Shown piece after piece: positions 60,490 through 64,000 of a stretch of 64,000 bases of DNA (positions are counted from its first letter, which is position 1; each line of letters begins with the position of its first letter). This DNA comes from an uncultured bacterium (GTDB lineage: Bacteria > Krumholzibacteriota > Krumholzibacteriia > LZORAL124-64-63), in the NCBI GenBank assembly GCA_963727525.1, contig CAVSGO010000007.1, forward strand, positions 805,393 through 869,392, read 5' to 3'. The notes under the pieces were generated by a model that worked only from the letters and a program-made list of their open reading frames with translations, made no database searches and was not told the DNA's origin. Made by a program: the position numbers and the translations under genes.

Positions 60490-61638
60490 GTGCCCTTGCG
60501 ACTCGCCTTCCTCTCCATCGGCCGCCACATCCACACGGAGCGCTGGATCCGCTTTTTCGCTGCGCGCGGGCACGAGTGCCATCTGCTCACAGTGCAGCCT
60601 GGCCCGGTCGATGGCGTCACCGTCCATGACATCACCACGGCGTGGGGGCCGAAACCCTGGCGCTACCTCATGTCGCTCGGCAAGGTCCGGCGCATCCTGC
60701 GGGGCCTGCGCCCCGACCTCCTCAACACGCACTTCCTGACGGGCTATGGCTACTGGGGCCACTTCAGCGGTGTGCATCCGAACGTGCTCACCGTCTGGGG
60801 CGACGACGTCTACGTGACGCCCTTCGAGAGCCGGACAAAGCTGTGGCTGGCGCGGCGGGCGCTCGCTTCATGCGATGCGCTCACCGGCGATTCCGTCGAC
60901 ATCCTCAGGGCGGCGGTGTCGCTCGGGGCGGATGCGTCGCGGAGTTTCCGCGTGCTCTGGGGCGTGGATTTCACGCGCTTCCAGCCGCGTCCGGCGCCGG
61001 AGTTCCGGCAACGCTTCGGCGTGGGGCCGGACGATGTGCTCTACTTCTCGCCGCGCAGCTACACACAGCCGTATTACAATATCGACACCATCATCGCCGC
61101 GGCGGCTGTGGTACGGCGTGAGGATTCGCGCGCGCGGTTCCTCTTCGCTGGCTACGAGGGCGATCATGCCCCGTTCCTCACCATGGCGCGCGATGCCGGT
61201 CTCGGCGACACGGTGCGGGTCGTCGGTCGTCTGCCGCACGCCGAGTTCGCAACGGCGCTGAACGCGTCCGACGTCTTCATCTCGGTTCCCTCCGTCGACG
61301 CCACGGCCGTCAGCTTGCTCGAAGCGATGGGCTGTGGGTGCGCGATCATCGTGTCGCGCCTGGCGTCGGCCCTGGAATTCGTGAAGGACGAGCAGTCGGC
61401 TCTCGTGGTAACGCCGCGCGACGTGGACGGACTCGCAGCCGCGATGCGACGGCTCGGCAACGACGCCGAGTTGCGGCGTCGCCTGGGTGCGGCCGCGCTG
61501 GCGTCGGCCCATCGTGATTGCGGGTTCGACGCCAACATGGCGCACGTCGATGCCATCTTCCGGAGGCTGATCGACGGCCAGGGCGTGTGGCCGGCCGAAG
61601 TGGCGTTGCCCGCGCTCGACACCACGGGGGCCCGATGA
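60490..61638 (+). CDS. glycosyltransferase family 4
   Basis: GT-B fold, 'VSLLEAMGCGCAIIVSRLASALEFV'; GTG 60490 chosen because ATG 60439 is only 3 nt after tRNA-Leu. Confidence 0.7.
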   Translation: MPLRLAFLSIGRHIHTERWIRFFAARGHECHLLTVQPGPVDGVTVHDITTAWGPKPWRYLMSLGKVRRILRGLRPDLLNTHFLTGYGYWGHFSGVHPNVLTVWGDDVYVTPFESRTKLWLARRALASCDALTGDSVDILRAAVSLGADASRSFRVLWGVDFTRFQPRPAPEFRQRFGVGPDDVLYFSPRSYTQPYYNIDTIIAAAAVVRREDSRARFLFAGYEGDHAPFLTMARDAGLGDTVRVVGRLPHAEFATALNASDVFISVPSVDATAVSLLEAMGCGCAIIVSRLASALEFVKDEQSALVVTPRDVDGLAAAMRRLGNDAELRRRLGAAALASAHRDCGFDANMAHVDAIFRRLIDGQGVWPAEVALPALDTTGAR

Positions 61639-62585
61639 CGCTGTCGGTTGTCATCCCCACGAAGGACAAGGCGCCGCTGCTCGCCCGCACGCTCGACGCC
61701 CTTGACGCCCAGGACTTGCCGGGCGTTGCGTGGGAGATCGTCGTGGTCGACGATGGCTCGTGCGACGGGACCGCCGCCTTGCTCGCCCGTCGCGCGGCGG
61801 CCCCGGGTTCGCGGTTGCGACCCGTGAGTCCGGGGCGAAACGTCGGCCGGGCGGCCGCCCGCAATCTTGGCTGGCGTTCGGCCTCGGGCCGCTGGGTCGT
61901 GTTCCTCGACGACGACATCATCGCGCCGCCGCACCTCCTCGCGGCGCATCTGCGGATCCTCGCGGCCGACCCGCGCCACGGCACGATCGGCCACGCGGTC
62001 ACCGAGCCGGCCATCGTCGATGCCGCGCATTTCGCCTACCTCGACTCGCGGGGCGTGGCCAAGCTCCCGTCCGGACCGGCTCCCGCCCGCTACTTCGTCA
62101 CCCAGAACGCCGGGGTGCCGCGCGAGGCCCTGGCGGCGATCGGGGGCTTCGACGAGGGGTTCTCGGCCTACGGGTTCGAGGATATGGACATCGGATTCCG
62201 GCTGGAGGACTGGGGCGTACGCTTCCAGGTGCTGCCGGCACCGGTCCCGCACCACATCCACCACCACACGTTCGGCGAGTACCTGGACAAGAAGCGGGTC
62301 TGCGGACGGCTCTCGCTCCCAGTCGTGGCACAGCGGCATCCCGGTCGTATCGCCGAGATGCGGCTCGACCTCATCATCGATCCCGTGGGGCGGCGGCCAG
62401 GATGGCCTAAGGCCCTGCTGAGGTCCGCCCTCCGTGGCTGGCCGGGGCGCCTGGCGGTGACGGCGGCGCGGCACTGGCCGGTGCGGGCCCATGGCGTGCC
62501 CGTCTTGCGGAGCCTCCACGCGCGCGTGATGGACGCCGCGGTGCTGGCAGCCTACTGCCAGGGTCTCGCGGAGCGTGGCGAGTAG
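61635..62585 (+). CDS. glycosyltransferase family 2
   Basis: 'LSVVIPTKDKAPLLARTLDAL', 'VVDDGSCDGT', 'FLDDD' DxD motif; ATGA overlap. Confidence 0.8.
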   Translation: MTLSVVIPTKDKAPLLARTLDALDAQDLPGVAWEIVVVDDGSCDGTAALLARRAAAPGSRLRPVSPGRNVGRAAARNLGWRSASGRWVVFLDDDIIAPPHLLAAHLRILAADPRHGTIGHAVTEPAIVDAAHFAYLDSRGVAKLPSGPAPARYFVTQNAGVPREALAAIGGFDEGFSAYGFEDMDIGFRLEDWGVRFQVLPAPVPHHIHHHTFGEYLDKKRVCGRLSLPVVAQRHPGRIAEMRLDLIIDPVGRRPGWPKALLRSALRGWPGRLAVTAARHWPVRAHGVPVLRSLHARVMDAAVLAAYCQGLAERGE

Positions 62586-62751
62586 TCTGCCATTTAGGCA
62601 GTTAAACCTGCCCATCAGACAGTTATTCTGTGGCAGTCGTGGCGACGACGAGTTGGCGGCGCGCGAGCGACGCTTTCAAGCATATGTAAAAACGCCACTT
62701 ATATAGATTCCGGCGCGACCGTTTCCGCGGCACGCGCCTTGTAAAGGCTAG

Positions 62752-63999
<1,248 letters not shown>

Positions 64000-64000
64000 A

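Overview
A high-GC (about 70%) bacterial chromosomal window that is almost entirely coding, with nearly all genes on the + strand. The main feature is a complete type IVa pilus locus (pilB-pilT-pilC-pilS-pilR-pilA, then an ABC transporter trio, then pilD-pilMNOPQ) arranged like the Myxococcus xanthus pil cluster and followed by aroK, as in many proteobacteria. A canonical sigma54 (-24/-12) promoter sits in front of the pilin gene, matching the sigma54-dependent PilR encoded upstream. comEA lies next to the pili and dprA just downstream, so the window carries a DNA-uptake toolkit. Housekeeping genes flank the locus: ligA, a DinG-like helicase, hutI, rsmD-coaD, obg, an lpxL-like acyltransferase with an ABC-2 exporter, a split hldE pair, sucCD, ndk, yceD-rpmF-plsX-fabD-fabG-acpP-fabF-rnc, and dnaK (partial). 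The 3' end holds an ECF sigma/anti-sigma pair with a lipoprotein and an OM beta-barrel, an orphan ParA-like ATPase, a myo-inositol-1-phosphate-synthase-like gene in a lower-GC block, and a glycosyltransferase cluster interrupted by a tRNA-Gly/Cys/Leu array. The observations most worth follow-up are: (i) one continuous ORF (8471-11104) that joins an inner-membrane multi-TM domain to a very large C-terminal outer-membrane beta-barrel, with an internal Sec-signal-like segment; (ii) a cyclic-2,3-diphosphoglycerate-synthetase-like P-loop protein translationally coupled to the split hldE genes; (iii) a -1 frameshift in plsX inside a G6 homopolymer; (iv) a pilin with no cysteines; (v) a 15-bp x3 tandem repeat between acpP and fabF. 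No CRISPR array, integrase or transposase was seen.
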